This document shows, piece after piece, positions 62,819-64,000 of a DNA stretch of 64,000 bases. Below the pieces are notes generated by a model, which saw only the letters and a list, made by a program, of their open reading frames with translations, did not search any database and was not told the origin of the DNA. Origin of the DNA: a virus; IMG/VR virus record IMGVR_UViG_3300034143_000010; one strand, written 5' to 3'. The translations under genes were made by a program, and so were the position numbers. The number at the start of each line of letters is the position of its first letter. Position 1 is the stretch's first letter.

Positions 62819-63160
62819 GTGAAACATCTCACCAGATTGCTGTTGCTCTTCATCATATCTCTTTCGATCATACAACCTCTGCCCTCGGCAAAGGCTGTGA
62901 TACCCAGCGCAGCAACCACGATCAATACGCTTGCGCCGGCGTCACCGCTTCAAAGACGCCGAGGGCGCTCCCCTCGCAGAATCCCCAGGCGTTCTGGCCG
63001 CTCCTACATCAACATTGACGGCGAGCGTATCCCGTCACCCGTTCATAGCAGAAGAGCGCCGGTGGGCGCCACGGCTCAATGCGGAGACGGCACATATAGC
63101 TTCAGCCGCCACGCAAGGGGAACATGTTCGCATCACGGCGGAGTATCAAGGTGGCTTTAG
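62819..63160 (+). CDS. DUF3761 domain secreted protein
   Basis: GATAQCGDGTYSFSRHARGTCSHHGGVSRWL. Confidence 0.9.
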   Translation: MKHLTRLLLLFIISLSIIQPLPSAKAVIPSAATTINTLAPASPLQRRRGRSPRRIPRRSGRSYINIDGERIPSPVHSRRAPVGATAQCGDGTYSFSRHARGTCSHHGGVSRWL

Positions 63161-63165
63161 TTCTT

Positions 63166-64000
63166 ATGAAAAGAGTTCTCGTTCTACTTATCGTCTCGTT
63201 CTTATTTGCCTTCACCGGCACAGGCCCTTCCTGGACATTCAGCCATCCGGCTATCCTTCCTGCGACTGCTAACAGCCTCCAGGTCTATGCGCTGGATATA
63301 GGTCAGGGCGACAGCCTTTTAATCATCTCCCCGACGGGGAAGACCATCCTTGTCGATACGGGTGATACCGGCAACGACAAGCGCGTGCTGGGGGCGCTCA
63401 TGAGCCACTCGGGTGCTCAGAAACTTGACCTCTTCATCGCCTCCCACCCGCACCAAGATCACATCGGCGTTGCAGACCTAGTCATCAATGCCGCTGCTAC
63501 TAACGCCACCAGCGTGCTCGATAGCGGCTTCCCTTACACGACTCAGACTTACAAGAGATACCTCGAAGCGATCCAGAAGAGCGGCGCGAAGTTCATCGAC
63601 GCAGAGCCGGGGCAGACCTTTGACATCGGGGGCGGTGCTGTCATCACCGTACTCGCCCCCATCAAGCCCTTCTTCAAGAAATCGGAGCTGCGTTCGGGCG
63701 CAACGGAGCCTAACGCCAACTCGGTCGTCGTCAGGCTTGATTACAAAAGCTTCTCCATGATCTTTACGGGCGATGCCGAGGCGGAGACAGAAGGAAGAAT
63801 GATCACGAACAAGGCGAATCTCAGGGCCAAAGTCCTCAAGGTCGGACATCACGGGTCGAGGTACGCGACGAGCGAAGCTTTCCTTCAAGCGGTCAAGCCG
63901 GAGGCGGGGATAATTTCCGTGGGTGCTGCCAATAACTACGGCCACCCGACACAGGAGGCTCTGGATAGGCTAAAGGCGGCGGGCGTGAAAGTGTACCGGA
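63166..64000 (+). CDS. ComEC/Rec2-like metallo-beta-lactamase fold hydrolase (runs off window)
   Basis: Own translation: LDIGQGDSLLI, SHPHQDHIG, NANSVV, FTGDAE, LKVGHHGS, NNYGHP. Confidence 0.92.
   Translation, partial: MKRVLVLLIVSFLFAFTGTGPSWTFSHPAILPATANSLQVYALDIGQGDSLLIISPTGKTILVDTGDTGNDKRVLGALMSHSGAQKLDLFIASHPHQDHIGVADLVINAAATNATSVLDSGFPYTTQTYKRYLEAIQKSGAKFIDAEPGQTFDIGGGAVITVLAPIKPFFKKSELRSGATEPNANSVVVRLDYKSFSMIFTGDAEAETEGRMITNKANLRAKVLKVGHHGSRYATSEAFLQAVKPEAGIISVGAANNYGHPTQEALDRLKAAGVKVYR

Noticed and set aside
1-64000. tRNA, rRNA or tmRNA genes
   Set aside because: No cloverleaf or rRNA-like sequence was recognised by eye. A tRNAscan/Infernal run would be needed to exclude them formally.

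Overview
Almost the whole window is one long-tailed (siphovirus-like) prophage read mainly on the minus strand. From right to left it carries a CI/Cro switch with an ImmA/IrrE-like protease, early recombination and replication genes, a complete PRTRC-like E1/E2/JAB/ubiquitin-like operon, late regulation and holin-like genes, terminase, portal, P22-like coat, neck, tail tube, tape measure with a lytic transglycosylase, and GTA-like baseplate genes running off the left edge. No integrase, att sites or dedicated endolysin are visible. The late region is interrupted by AT-richer accessory blocks. The least explained structures are: (1) a tripartite ACACCC-N8-10-YTAA-N13-14-TANNNT motif in 15 copies, as two six-unit tandem arrays of about 60-bp period and three single copies, all facing late genes; (2) a 1.6-kb regulatory module present twice in inverted orientation, ending in two HNH genes in one copy and in a TnpB with intact RuvC triad in the other, each carrying TIR-type cargo; (3) a TnpB guide whose first 13 nt recur 7.6 kb away, bracketing the cargo block; (4) six copies of a palindrome with an invariant asymmetric 7-bp core; (5) integron gene cassettes with attC sites but no integron integrase. 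All family assignments are from motif recognition by eye, not database searches. A Blastocatellia-like acidobacterial host is only a weak guess.
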